NCBI GenBank assembly: GCA_000004985.1
Contig: GG738886.1
Strand: one strand, 5' to 3'
Source of the DNA: Naegleria gruberi
Taxonomy: Eukaryota
DNA length: 64,000 bases
In this document: piece by piece, positions 54,601 to 63,804 of the stretch
How the letters are laid out: the number at the start of each line of letters is the position of its first letter
How positions within the stretch are numbered: the stretch's first letter is position 1
Notes under the pieces: generated by a model
Told to the model about the DNA's origin: nothing
The model's input: only the letters and a program-made list of their open reading frames with translations
The model's database searches: none
Position numbers and translations under genes: made by a program

Positions 54601-55588
54601 AGAATTATTCTCACAATTCAAAGATATTAACATGAACTTTATTGGATCATGTTACGATACCATCGCAAGAAATGCTATGGTTCTCTATGATGAAGAAGTT
54701 GATTCTGAGGATAGAACAAATTTCGAGTCAGACGATCAGATCGATTTATTCTTCAAATGCTACAAACCAAGAGCAGCATTGCCAGCTTCAGCTAGTGATT
54801 CTCAAATAACAGTTCACAGAGCTATCAAATCTCTGAGTTTGGATGGAGACAAAGTTAAGGAATTGATGGAAAGTGCTATTACATTCTTCTTCAAAGCCAA
54901 AGTTATACATGATGGAGTCATTAATAGAATTCAAATCAAGGACTCTGATCCAAATCTCGAGTTAACAACCACAGAAACTATTACTGAGTCTGGTTTGACA
55001 ATAACAAAAGTCAAGCTCAGGGATCCAACAGAAATTAATAATGAGGCAAAGACTGGTAATTACTTTATCTGTGCTTATAGTGTTGCTGATCGCACAAGCT
55101 TTTTGATTGTTGAGCATATCATCAAAGCAATTAGAAAGGCCAAGAGAAGAGAAAGAAAGGCAGAAAAGAAGAAGAATAAGTCTTCCAAGACAAAGCCTCA
55201 ATATAGCACCTTAACTGGTTCAGTTACCGAGGAATTACTACAAATGCTCAATGGAGATGATAGTGACTACAATAATGACAAGTTTATGGTTCTTGTGGGC
55301 TGTAAAGCTGATGTTCCAGATGACCAAAGACAAGTTTCAAAGAAAGAAGGTGGTGAACTAGCTCTCAAGTACAGTATTCCATTCTTTGAAGTTTCTAATG
55401 GAGATATGTTTGGAATACGGAAAGTTTTCTTGAATGCTATCGATTCCATCAAGAGACAAAATGCTTCATACGTGGATGCAGTCAAACAAATGAATGACTT
55501 CCACAAGAGAATGAATATTGCAAAGCAAAACAAGAAAGGCCAAATAGATGTTAACTCTCTTGCTATACTGCCAAAGTGTTACATTTAA
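51614..55588 (+). CDS. Protein of 1324 aa. It has a Ser/Asn-rich N-terminus, a Ras-like G1 P-loop segment, a coiled coil, a Sec7 (ArfGEF) domain and a C-terminal Ras-like G-domain remainder.
   Basis: G1 KIVVIGCRGIGKSEMVYKF. Sec7 core FKLPKEGQQVTRIAEVFANVY and YLLVCSMLMVNTQLHNP. The C-terminus YFICAYSVADRTSFLIVEHIIKAIRKAK...KFMVLVGCKADVPDD...LALKYSIPFFEVSNGDMFGIRKVFLNAIDSIKRQ is colinear with Ras beta4 through alpha5, that is G4 NKxD and G5 ETSAK. Confidence 0.7.
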   Translation: MSIRQKLFPQRKRMSGIFESEHSPTDVDSLKKNRRVSNASDMMLSHPPIDQHTSNLLNTSLCNNPSMSEDSLSRKVTIGSSTCIDSSTGSSEVDSSPNNNGNTLDIKSSRGKQEQSSTVMIATAPPAGSDAVNDDVASSGSSKNSLKNEEKNASLLPQQDSSSTSIKSDSSSLNNNNNNNNISNNSSVSSSSSASVVDNIEDDMTKNRSLTYAVGDSKFKGIGPNDVKSPQSQNATTVSTFLTDEQPSTISPTTAMNNRFQGISSKDAKPTTTTSTTSQPKHANPPPIQTTSSVSNNGKSSTPTNNKPASSKPVEKPRVSQDLSREAALKKKATGKSLTMPSSSQNKIVVIGCRGIGKSEMVYKFLHNEIRFYHQLKKDKAHLLEELKGTLASEQKTINEKKTQSASNQQNATTTPTNNLPSSSTSCTITPKTEPSPTKVQDNLPIDPGAIVENEIECALKPSDSLEVRKLKLLLMKKDQEIKKQKEEMENTIQELSSMWKKERTEKVELEEEYVEKENELNHYISVVEQIHHLINLDPKSDEIPEAISFKLPENPNNGILSPNRKRKTSAHAGVIAATPKQNLSTLPPSTPNVVTPMNNRNSHNNNHNDDFFDLQNFNPKDPVPVTPMSSQRKARHVRTESTFQKLRTNQYQVVAQDLRKSIEEDIDADVSDPETNSIALAANETDETTDEINMFLADFNRTEESNFVLTNNPSMNRIQAPQVKNSLSNSEDSAGDEDTENDYSESSDITSVSSTASSNHSLVKAQSTMDVRGDRGQPVVANSLILPNVGKSKSPTIVQSTDYKYDENLFVKLLTPSFHLTEGLRKFNTGKPKDALKYLIENAILPDPEAGLTETKEKPEAVISRFMAIADSLNKEKLGEFLGDERNNVYLEEFVRFHVQELYNEEKKQGDDTYLSKFDRALRSFFIQFKLPKEGQQVTRIAEVFANVYSENNKNDGELNGNGDACYLLVCSMLMVNTQLHNPIANIKLSREQFVELFSQFKDINMNFIGSCYDTIARNAMVLYDEEVDSEDRTNFESDDQIDLFFKCYKPRAALPASASDSQITVHRAIKSLSLDGDKVKELMESAITFFFKAKVIHDGVINRIQIKDSDPNLELTTTETITESGLTITKVKLRDPTEINNEAKTGNYFICAYSVADRTSFLIVEHIIKAIRKAKRRERKAEKKKNKSSKTKPQYSTLTGSVTEELLQMLNGDDSDYNNDKFMVLVGCKADVPDDQRQVSKKEGGELALKYSIPFFEVSNGDMFGIRKVFLNAIDSIKRQNASYVDAVKQMNDFHKRMNIAKQNKKGQIDVNSLAILPKCYI

Positions 55589-55797
55589 TAAATGTTGAAT
55601 CCTTTTTCTTTGCACTTCCTTTTTAACAAAAATTACAGGATTTTCTCTAAGATCAAGATATTATCTGTTCTTTTCAGTTCGAAAAAAAAGAAATAAAAGC
55701 AAATCATGAGTTTGTTTCCTGCTAGCCAGCAAACAAAAAGACAAAATGGAACGAAGAAGTTTCAGATTCAGCCTCTCTTCAATTCTCAGCAGCCATC

Positions 55798-56994
55798 ATG
55801 AATAATCCGGATATTATTCATCAAGTATTAAACTTTTTAAACGATGGTTCCGAGGAGATGATCAAAGATTACATGTTGGTTTCTTCCGAGTGGATGAAGG
55901 CTGTTCGTAATTTAGATTTATTTATTGCAGTTTATCGGAAGAATATAAAGAAGGAACAAGTAGAATTAATGATGAAAAGTACTTGTTTGAAGAATTTGAC
56001 CAAGTTGACTATTAAATTTACTGATTTGGATGGGGTAAAGGCATTTTGTGATAATTTTGCCTTCGATAGATTGACTAGCTTGGCTGTGAACGATAGTAAA
56101 CTTGGAGTTGAAGGCGCCAAGTTGATTGCACAATGTCAAAAATTGAGTAATTTGAAAGAGTTGAATGTTAGTGTGTGTGATTTGCATTGTGAAGGTGCTC
56201 AAGTGATTGTTTCAAGTCCAGTGTTTAGCAAATTGACTAGTTTGGATCTGGGTTGGAATCAGATTAAAGATGAAGGCATAAAATCATTGGCAATGAGTGA
56301 ACACATGTCTAACTTGACTCAATTAGACCTCTATCTCAATCTATTTGGAGGAGATGGCTTATCAGCAATGGCTACTAGTCCATACCTGACTAATCTTACG
56401 GATCTGAAAATGGCAGAGCTATTTCTTGGTGAAGGAATTGATTCAATTTGTGATGGTAAATCCCTTTCTAATCTAACGAGATTGGATTTGACAGAAAATG
56501 ATTTATATGAAGGTGCCATTACTGCTTTGAATAAGAGCTTGACAAAGATTACTGATCTCAATTTAACTAAGAATAATATTGGAGATGAGGGAATTGAAAT
56601 ATTGGCCAACAGCAAGTTTGCATCCACTTTGAAAGTGCTCAATATTACTGACAATGTCCTCAACCCAGCATCTTTTAAAGCAATTTCAAATTCTCAATTC
56701 CTTTCCAATTTGGAAGTATTGAATGCCTCCTCGAATTTCAGAGTAAAGGATGAAGGAGCCAAACTCATTGCCAACAGTCCAACACTTTCAAATTTGACTG
56801 AACTCATTTTGGAGGATGACAGTATTGGAACTGAGGGAGCTTGCGCAATTGCCAATAGTCAGTATTTGACTAAACTGAAGAAATTGAATCTTTCATTTAA
56901 TAAGATTGATGAGGAAGGTGTGAAGGCAATTCAAAACATGAATATCCAAGCCAAAGTCGGTAACGACAAAGCTAAGGGTTGTCCACAGCAATAA
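55798..56994 (+). CDS. F-box-like protein with RNI-type leucine-rich repeats, 398 aa.
   Basis: N-terminus IIHQVLNFLNDGSEEMIKDYMLVSSEWMKAV. About 12 repeats of the form LxxLxLxxNxIGDEGxxxLAxS, as in ribonuclease-inhibitor-type LRRs. Confidence 0.6.
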   Translation: MNNPDIIHQVLNFLNDGSEEMIKDYMLVSSEWMKAVRNLDLFIAVYRKNIKKEQVELMMKSTCLKNLTKLTIKFTDLDGVKAFCDNFAFDRLTSLAVNDSKLGVEGAKLIAQCQKLSNLKELNVSVCDLHCEGAQVIVSSPVFSKLTSLDLGWNQIKDEGIKSLAMSEHMSNLTQLDLYLNLFGGDGLSAMATSPYLTNLTDLKMAELFLGEGIDSICDGKSLSNLTRLDLTENDLYEGAITALNKSLTKITDLNLTKNNIGDEGIEILANSKFASTLKVLNITDNVLNPASFKAISNSQFLSNLEVLNASSNFRVKDEGAKLIANSPTLSNLTELILEDDSIGTEGACAIANSQYLTKLKKLNLSFNKIDEEGVKAIQNMNIQAKVGNDKAKGCPQQ

Positions 56995-57390
56995 ATCGAT
57001 TTGTTGCTGAATCTACATTTTCATTCATCCGATTTTGCTCATGGTTGTGTGTTTACAGATCTGTTTTCCTTCCAATACCACAACTGGAAACAATCACCCT
57101 TCGTGGAAGGACCTTTTGTTGATTGAATTGATTTAGAAATTGTAAATTACTCACCAGATATGTTAATGAAATATCAGCATTGTATAACCATTGAAACAAC
57201 AAATGTTGCTTTCGAATAATTGTTTCCTTGATGATTGTATGTTGCATTCCTGACATTTTAAAGACGCATCTAAATTGTCAACCTCAAAACAACAACCGTT
57301 ACCTTTCGCAAGTGCAAAATCAGCTCCTTTCATGAGTTCTTTTAGAACTTTATTTTCACGAAATGACAGCTGTCTTTTATCAACAAAAAA

Positions 57391-59844
57391 ATGCACAAAC
57401 AGATATCTTTATTCTTGTTAGTTTTATTCTTGCTGGTTTCTTCAGCATCATTCAAACATACCCATTTCACAAAGGACATGATTGACTCTCTCAATCAAGA
57501 TCCATCTGTCAAATGGGAAGCTGCAAATTATGACCAATTTGCAGGTAAATCATTTGCTGAATTGAGAAAATTATTAGGTGGTAAGAGAGGTGAAGAAAGC
57601 TCGAGTGAAGAAGCAAGATATAATACCAGAGATGTTAAATCGACTGTTGCCATTCCTGATACTTTTGATTCTAGAACTAAATGGCCACAATGTATTCATG
57701 GTATTAGAAATCAAGGTGTAAGTAATATTCATCCATAGCATGTTGTTTAATATTGTAAAAAAAGCAATGTGGATCATGCTGGGCTTTCGCAAGTAAGTAT
57801 TAAGTTTTCCTCTGTTGTTGCTCATCTTTGACAACAATTATTACAACAAAATATGATGTGAATATTGACATGAATAACATGAAAATAATAGCTACTGGTG
57901 TTTTCTCTGATCGTTTGTGTATTACTACTAACAACGTTTCAAATGTTGTTATCAGTCCTGAAGTAAGTTAATGTAAGCTAACAATAACATAACATTCGTC
58001 CAGTTTCTTATTGAATGCGACAAGACCAGTTTTGCATGTCAAGGCGGTTATGGTTATTATTCATGGAAATTCTTCATGAATACTGGTATCCCATTAGAAT
58101 CCTGTGTTCCATACACTAAAGATTCCCTTGTTTATGGTAACACCACCAACGCTCAATGTAGATCAACTTGTACTGATGGTAGTCCACTTAAATTATACAA
58201 GGCTGCTAGTGCTTATTATATTTACTCTCCAATTACCAATTATCAAACTGAAATTATGACTAATGGACCAGTTGAAGCTGATTTTGATGTGTAAGTTTTC
58301 TAATTTTAGTAATGTGAAATTTTAATTTTTTTTAGATATTCTGATTTTTATTCATATAAATCTGGTATTTATCAAAAGACAGCAGGAAGTACCTATGTTG
58401 GTGGACATGCTGTTAAGGTTCTTGGATGGGCTTCTGATTCTAATGGAACTCCTTATTGGATTGCTCAAAATCAGGTAAGTTTCGAATAGAAATTAACAAT
58501 TAATAGAAATAATTTAAAACACAATAATAGTGGGGAACATCATGGGGTATGGGAGGCTATGTATGTTTTTAATTTGATTTGAAAAATTAATTAACTTTTT
58601 CTAGTTGTAAGTAATTTGTAATTTACTTTTTTGTAAATTTATTATCAACCTTAACAGTTATATTTATAGAGGAAATTCTACTTTGAATTGTAAATTTGAT
58701 AATTACATGATTGCTGGAACTGTCTCACCACCAACATGTTATGGTAAAGCTCAAAGTGATTCTTCAGTTTGTAATGGACATGGTCAATGTGTTGGACCAG
58801 ATACTTGTTCATGCTCAAGTGGATGGGGTGGCACTTATTGTAATATTACCAGTTGTAATGGAATTGTTTTGACTGATTCATCAGTTTGTAGTGGTCATGG
58901 CCAATGTGTTTCTGCTGAAAATTGTGTTTGTAATAGGTAGGTTTTTTCACTTGTTGTGTGATTTTTTTAACACAATTGGTTGAAGTGGTTGGAGTGGAAC
59001 TTATTGTGCTGAAACTACCTGTAATGGTATTTCATCTGCCAATTCATCTGTCTGTAGTGGACATGGTACATGTACTACCAAGGATACTTGTACATGTAAG
59101 ACTGGTTATGGAGATCAATATTGTCAATCATTCATTTGTTATGGATTGACTGGTTCCAATGCTGCCGTTTGTTCTGGACATGGTACATGTTCTGCTTATA
59201 ATACTTGTAAATGTAATACTGGATACTCTGGTTCTCAATGTCAAAACTATACCTGTAATGCCATTGCCCAAAATAATGCCAATGTCTGTTCAGGACATGG
59301 TTCTTGTGTTGATTACAATACTTGTAAATGTTCAGGTGGATACACAGGTACTTATTGCTCACAAGTTGCTTGTAATGGAATTCTTCCAACAGATTCATCT
59401 GTTTGTAGTGGCCGTGGTAAATGTGTTGGTCCAAACAATTGCACATGTACCAACTCAACTCAGTATGGAGGTGAATTCTGTCAAGTTCCAAAATGTGGTG
59501 GAATTTTGGCAACAGATTCTTCAGTTTGTGGTGGAAAGACCAATTATGTTTGCTCTGGTGTAAATACTTGTACATGTAAGACTGGATATACTGGAGCTAA
59601 TTGTAACTCATTCTCATGTTTTGGAATTGATTCCAACTCAACAAGTGTCTGTGCAGGAAGCGGAAAGTGTGTTGCATTGGATACTTGTCAATGCACTGAT
59701 GGAACTTCAGGCAATTGTACTTCCTCAACTAGTACAGATTCCAGCACAAGACAATCACATGCCTCTAATCAATATGGCCAAACCATGTGGATCCAAATTG
59801 TATTGTGTACTGTCTTGTTATGGATTGGAGCTATTGTTTTTTAA
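57391..59844 (+). CDS. Cathepsin-B-like papain-family (C1) cysteine protease. It has a signal peptide, at least six short exons for the protease, about eight tenascin-type EGF-like Cys repeats, a Ser/Thr stalk and a C-terminal hydrophobic GPI-signal/TM tail. One junction, 58561..58657, is unresolved.
   Basis: Signal MHKQISLFLLVLFLLVSSASF. Protease exons: 57391..57717; 57765..57792 encoding QCGSCWAFA; 57892..57962; 58004..58290 encoding GGYGYYSWKFF; 58336..58474 encoding GGHAVKVLGW...YWIAQNQ; 58531..58560 encoding WGTSWGMGGY. Then YIYRGNSTLNCKFDNYMIAG from 58658 onward, repeats of CxGHGxC(x5)CxCxxGYxGxxC, an intron at 58939..58988, and an end at MWIQIVLCTVLLWIGAIVF*. Confidence 0.55.
58690..59720 (+). 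repeat. Coding tandem array of about eight copies of a unit of roughly 96 bp (about 32 aa) of EGF-like modules.
   Basis: Recurrent module T-C-N-G-I-x-x-T-D-S-S-V-C-S-G-H-G-x-C-V-x(5)-C-x-C-x-x-G-[YW]-x-G-x-x-C. Nucleotide-level periodicity is visible, for example repeated gtttgtagtggncatggtnaatgtgtt. Confidence 0.6.
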
Positions 59845-60211
59845 ATATTCAAAGATTGAGAATAAATTAGTTGTGTGAAATAAGCTTCCAGAACTTAATT
59901 ATGGTTCGATGGCAAGTAGTTTATAGAGTTCAACCTGTAATCCCAACCTTAAAAGCTCTAAGGAAATGTTGAATTTCCTTCATTGATAATTTTCTTTGCA
60001 TATTCCTCTCTCCTGTGTTCATTATCATGCATTTCGAAAGGGAGAGAGGATTAGCAAGTGCAAACTTTGGTCTATTCGATTTTACACAACAAGAAATATC
60101 CTATAGTTGTTCAACATGATTCCTCTGATTTATCCACCGATTGCACCATGATCTCAAAGAATAATTCATTCGCCCAATGAAGATGTTCCAAAGTCTTAAA
60201 TTATCATAATA

Positions 60212-62089
60212 TTAAAAATCATTACACAATTTCAATATTTCCTTATCATTTCTCAAATCAATGGATGCATATTTCAGTGCACTCTTATTTTGTTTGACTG
60301 CAAATGAAACTATTCCTCTATCACTTCTGAGTTTTAAACACATTTCACGTAACAGATTGCCATCTCTTTTCACAACTCGAATCACAAATACTCTATCTGA
60401 GACCTTTAATTTACCAGCACTGTAGAATGCATTAATAGCATCAGTTTTTAACGCTTCCATCAAAATCTCTCTATCTATTTGATGTTTTCTTGGAAAATTT
60501 GGCAAATAATTCCCAGATTGTTTGACTAGTTTCTGAAAGCAAAATAGTCTGTCATTAATCAATCTTTTAGATATCTGACTAAAATTCAACATGACGTTTC
60601 AGCAGCTTTGAGAACAATTTGTTCATCATCCCAAAACTCTGCTGTGCAAGAATTGATTGCATCTCCATCTTGTGTGACTGCAGCCAAAACTATTTCTCTA
60701 TCTGTTTGAAATTGTTCACCAACATAATACAATATCTCACCACATCTTGTTACAGCTTGTAATACAAATTCTCTGTCTTGTTTAAATTCATTTGGGATTG
60801 CATTCATTGCTTCGTACAGATTAAAACATCCTGAGGATATTTTAATTGATTCCAATAATACCTCTCTGTCGTGTGTGAATTGATCTGGAATATTCTCCAA
60901 AGCAAAACCAGTCTTTGCAAATGATTGGATGAATTCAATGTCATTTCTCAATCTATCAGAAATATATGTAATGGCCAAACCAGAAGATTTGAGTGCCAAC
61001 TCAGCAATTTCCTTGTCATCTCTCAATTCAGTTGATGCAAATTGGAAACAGGACCAATTTTTCATAACAAGCATTTTCACAAATTCCTTATCATTTTTCA
61101 ATTCATCAGATGCGTGTTGAAAAGCTTGTGGATTTTGTTGAATAGCTTCCATAACAATCTCTCTATCATTTCTCAATTCCTTACACGCATATTCTAGTGC
61201 TTTCACACCGTCCAAATTTGATATTGTGAGCAGAAACTCTCTATCATTCGTAAATGCCCTACTTGCACTGTTAATTCTGGCAAGAGATTTTGAAAATGCT
61301 TTAAAAATCACATCTCTATCATTTCTCAATAATTGGGATGATTGAAAATATGCATTTGGCTTTGATTCTAGAGCTAGTAAGACAATTTCCTTATTATTTT
61401 GCAATTCTTTGGACGCAAACTCTAGGGCATCACCATTTTCTTGTACAGCAGTTCTAACTATTTCAATATCATTTCTAAATGTTTCAGATACAAATTTAAG
61501 AATTGGTCCCCAAGTACTAACAGCTGTCATTACAATTTCCCTGTTTCTTTTCAATTCTTCAGATGCGTACGAAAGAAAATGACCCTTATGTTGCACAGAA
61601 GTTTTTACAATTTCAAAATCATTTCTCAATTCTTCTGAGGCACATCTGATGCTTCCATTTTCCTTGACAGCTGCCATGACAATTTCTCTATCATTTCTGA
61701 AAACATCATCCACATAATTGAGTGTCTCAAGACCACTATACTCTGTTGTAGTCAAAACAAACGATCTATCCTTCCACAATCCAAATTTTCTAGCCAAAAT
61801 ATCAAATTTATCACAAGGCAAATCGAATATTTTGTCATGAATAAAAGTTCGATCTCTAATCAATCAATATTGGAAAATTAATTGGTTGATTTTCATTGTT
61901 AAATTCTTCTCCATGATCAAAAAACTCCCAAACAGAATCATCACTTCTCCCGAAACAATATTCAAGTATTGGTTTTAAAATGGTGTCGTGTTTGTCATTG
62001 GGTGGAATGTCTGCAATTTTTGTGGAGAGTAATTGGGAAGAGAGGGACAAATCTAAAAAACACTGATGGTTATTCTTCATCATTGGCAT
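60212..62089 (-). CDS. DUF4116-like repeat protein with an N-terminal F-box-like exon. Exon 1 is about 62089..61930, followed by an intron of about 69 nt, then exon 2 from about 61859 down to 60586. A further frame break at 60586..60592 continues into a 126-aa repeat-containing ORF.
   Basis: About nine repeats of [FL]xNDxEIVxxAVxxNGxALxYAS. The proposed intron GTTTTTTGATC...GATTGATTAG joins ...SDDSVWE to DRTFIHDKIF in frame. The ORF at 60212..60592 carries the same repeat but sits in a different frame, overlapping by 7 nt. Confidence 0.45.
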
Positions 62090-62581
62090 TAAAACCCTCG
62101 ACTACGTTTTTTTTAATACCATTACAAAATGTGAAAAAATCAAAAGCCACCCCAAGGTTTGTCCATCCTCAATATGTAATGTGTGAAGAAATTGAGCACA
62201 ATGAGGTCAATTCAGCTCTCAAAAGTCCACTTAACTCGTTTATAAATCATTCAAGTTTTTTCATTCGAATTTTCATGTGAAATTTTCACACTTTACATTG
62301 TAATCATTATTCCTCTTCTCATTTGATAACCAAAAGATTTGGTCAATTTTCACAAACACTATCCACGTACCCACCTCAACGCGCAAAATTGTCCAAATTT
62401 GTAGAAAAACGAGTACAGTGCGCAATAAACCAAGAATAAAAAAATATCTCAAAGCCTTTCGAGTTTTGCATTTGGTAGGTTTTTATGATGGAATGAAGGC
62501 TTTGATAACACTTTATTGTGCTGAAAATGATGGAAATATTACATTGATGACTGATACAATATGTGATGATTGATAATTGTG

Positions 62582-63787
62582 ATGATGACAATAGAAATGA
62601 CCGATAATATTGAAATTGGAAAAGTTGTTGAATTGGATTATAATGATCTTGTTAATGAAGTTGATTTGAGTGAAAAGATTGAAGAAGCCTATGGTCCTGA
62701 AGGTTTGGGTTTGTTGGTCGTTTCCAATGTTCCAAAAGTTTTGGAATTGAGAGAAACATTGTTGCCACTTGCTCACAAGTTTGCAATGCTTCCAGATGAA
62801 TCTAAAGAAAAGTACGAACACAAGGGATCTAATTATTCATTTGGTTGGTCATATGGCAAGGAATCTTTCAATGGAAAGGTGAGTAATTTTAAATTATCGG
62901 ATCATGAATTTTGTGTTTTTTAAAATTGTTTCGGAATTAATTTTCACATCAGACTGATGTCTTCAAGGGAAGCTACTATGCCAATCCTGAAGTTGATGTA
63001 CCAACTGAAGATAAGGAAATTCAACAAAAGTATCCATTCTACTGCACACCAAATATTTGGCCAAAGGAAGATTTGCCAGAATTGGAATTTGCCTTCAAGA
63101 ATATGGGTCAACTTATTGTTTCCGTTGGTCACCTTATTGCCAAGCAATGTGATAGTTACATTCAAAAGAAATGTCCAACCTGTCAACCAAACAAGCTCTA
63201 TAATATTATCAGCCAAAGCAAGAATACTAAATCAAGACTCCTCTATTATTTCCCAAGATCTCAAGAAGATGTCAATGCTGATGAAAATGTTGAAAGTGAT
63301 GATGGTTGGTGTGGACTTCACTTGGATCACGGTTCTTTGACCGTAAGTAGTAGCATTAGTATTTCAGTATAATGATTCTAATATTCATAATAATAATAAT
63401 CATCATCAATAGGGTTTAACTTCTGCCATGTACTTTAGAGATGGACAAGTTGTTCAAAATGACGATCCAAAGGCTGGACTTTACATTAAGGGAAGAAAAG
63501 GAAATTACATTAAGGCCACCTATAGACCAGACCAATTGGCTTACCAAATTGGTGAAAGTGCCCAAATTCACAGTGGTGGTTTATTGCAAGCCACTCCTCA
63601 TTTGGTTCGTGGTCCAAGATCTGTTGGTATTGCCAGAGCTACTCTTGCCAACTTTATGCAACCTGCTTACAATGACATGATGGACGTTCCAGCTGGAAAG
63701 ACTGTTGCTGATTGTAAGATTAAGCATATTGAAGAAGGAATGACATTCCACGATTTCTCTGAAAAGAAGTTCAAGGAATATTATTAA
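62582..63787 (+). CDS. 2-oxoglutarate/Fe(II)-dependent oxygenase (IPNS-like family) in three exons: 62582..62880, about 62950..63345 and about 63412..63787.
   Basis: WCGLHLDHGSLT|GLTSAMYFRD followed by LQATPHLVRG gives the HxD...H facial triad pattern (compare GAHTDYGSLTILFQD). Introns are GTGAGT..ATCAG and GTAAGT..ATCAATAG. Confidence 0.6.
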
Positions 63788-63804
63788 ATTTTTTCACATT
63801 CTAT

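Noticed and set aside
59132-59575. Alternative-frame ORFs (59132..59575 minus, 59159..59563 plus, 58958..59149 plus) within the EGF-like repeat array.
   Set aside because: They are frame shadows of the periodic Cys-repeat coding sequence. Only the frame giving CxGHGxC...CxC modules is biologically coherent.
58690-59720. A CRISPR array or other non-coding tandem repeat.
   Set aside because: The periodicity is in an open reading frame encoding EGF-like modules with variable unit content. There are no direct repeats with unique spacers, and the context is eukaryotic.
60586-60602. A 17-nt GT..AG segment (gtcatgttgaattttag) as an intron that would join the two DUF4116 ORFs.
   Set aside because: It is far shorter than any other intron here, where the minimum is 37 nt, and it does not restore the frame. 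A frameshift or two separate ORFs is more likely.
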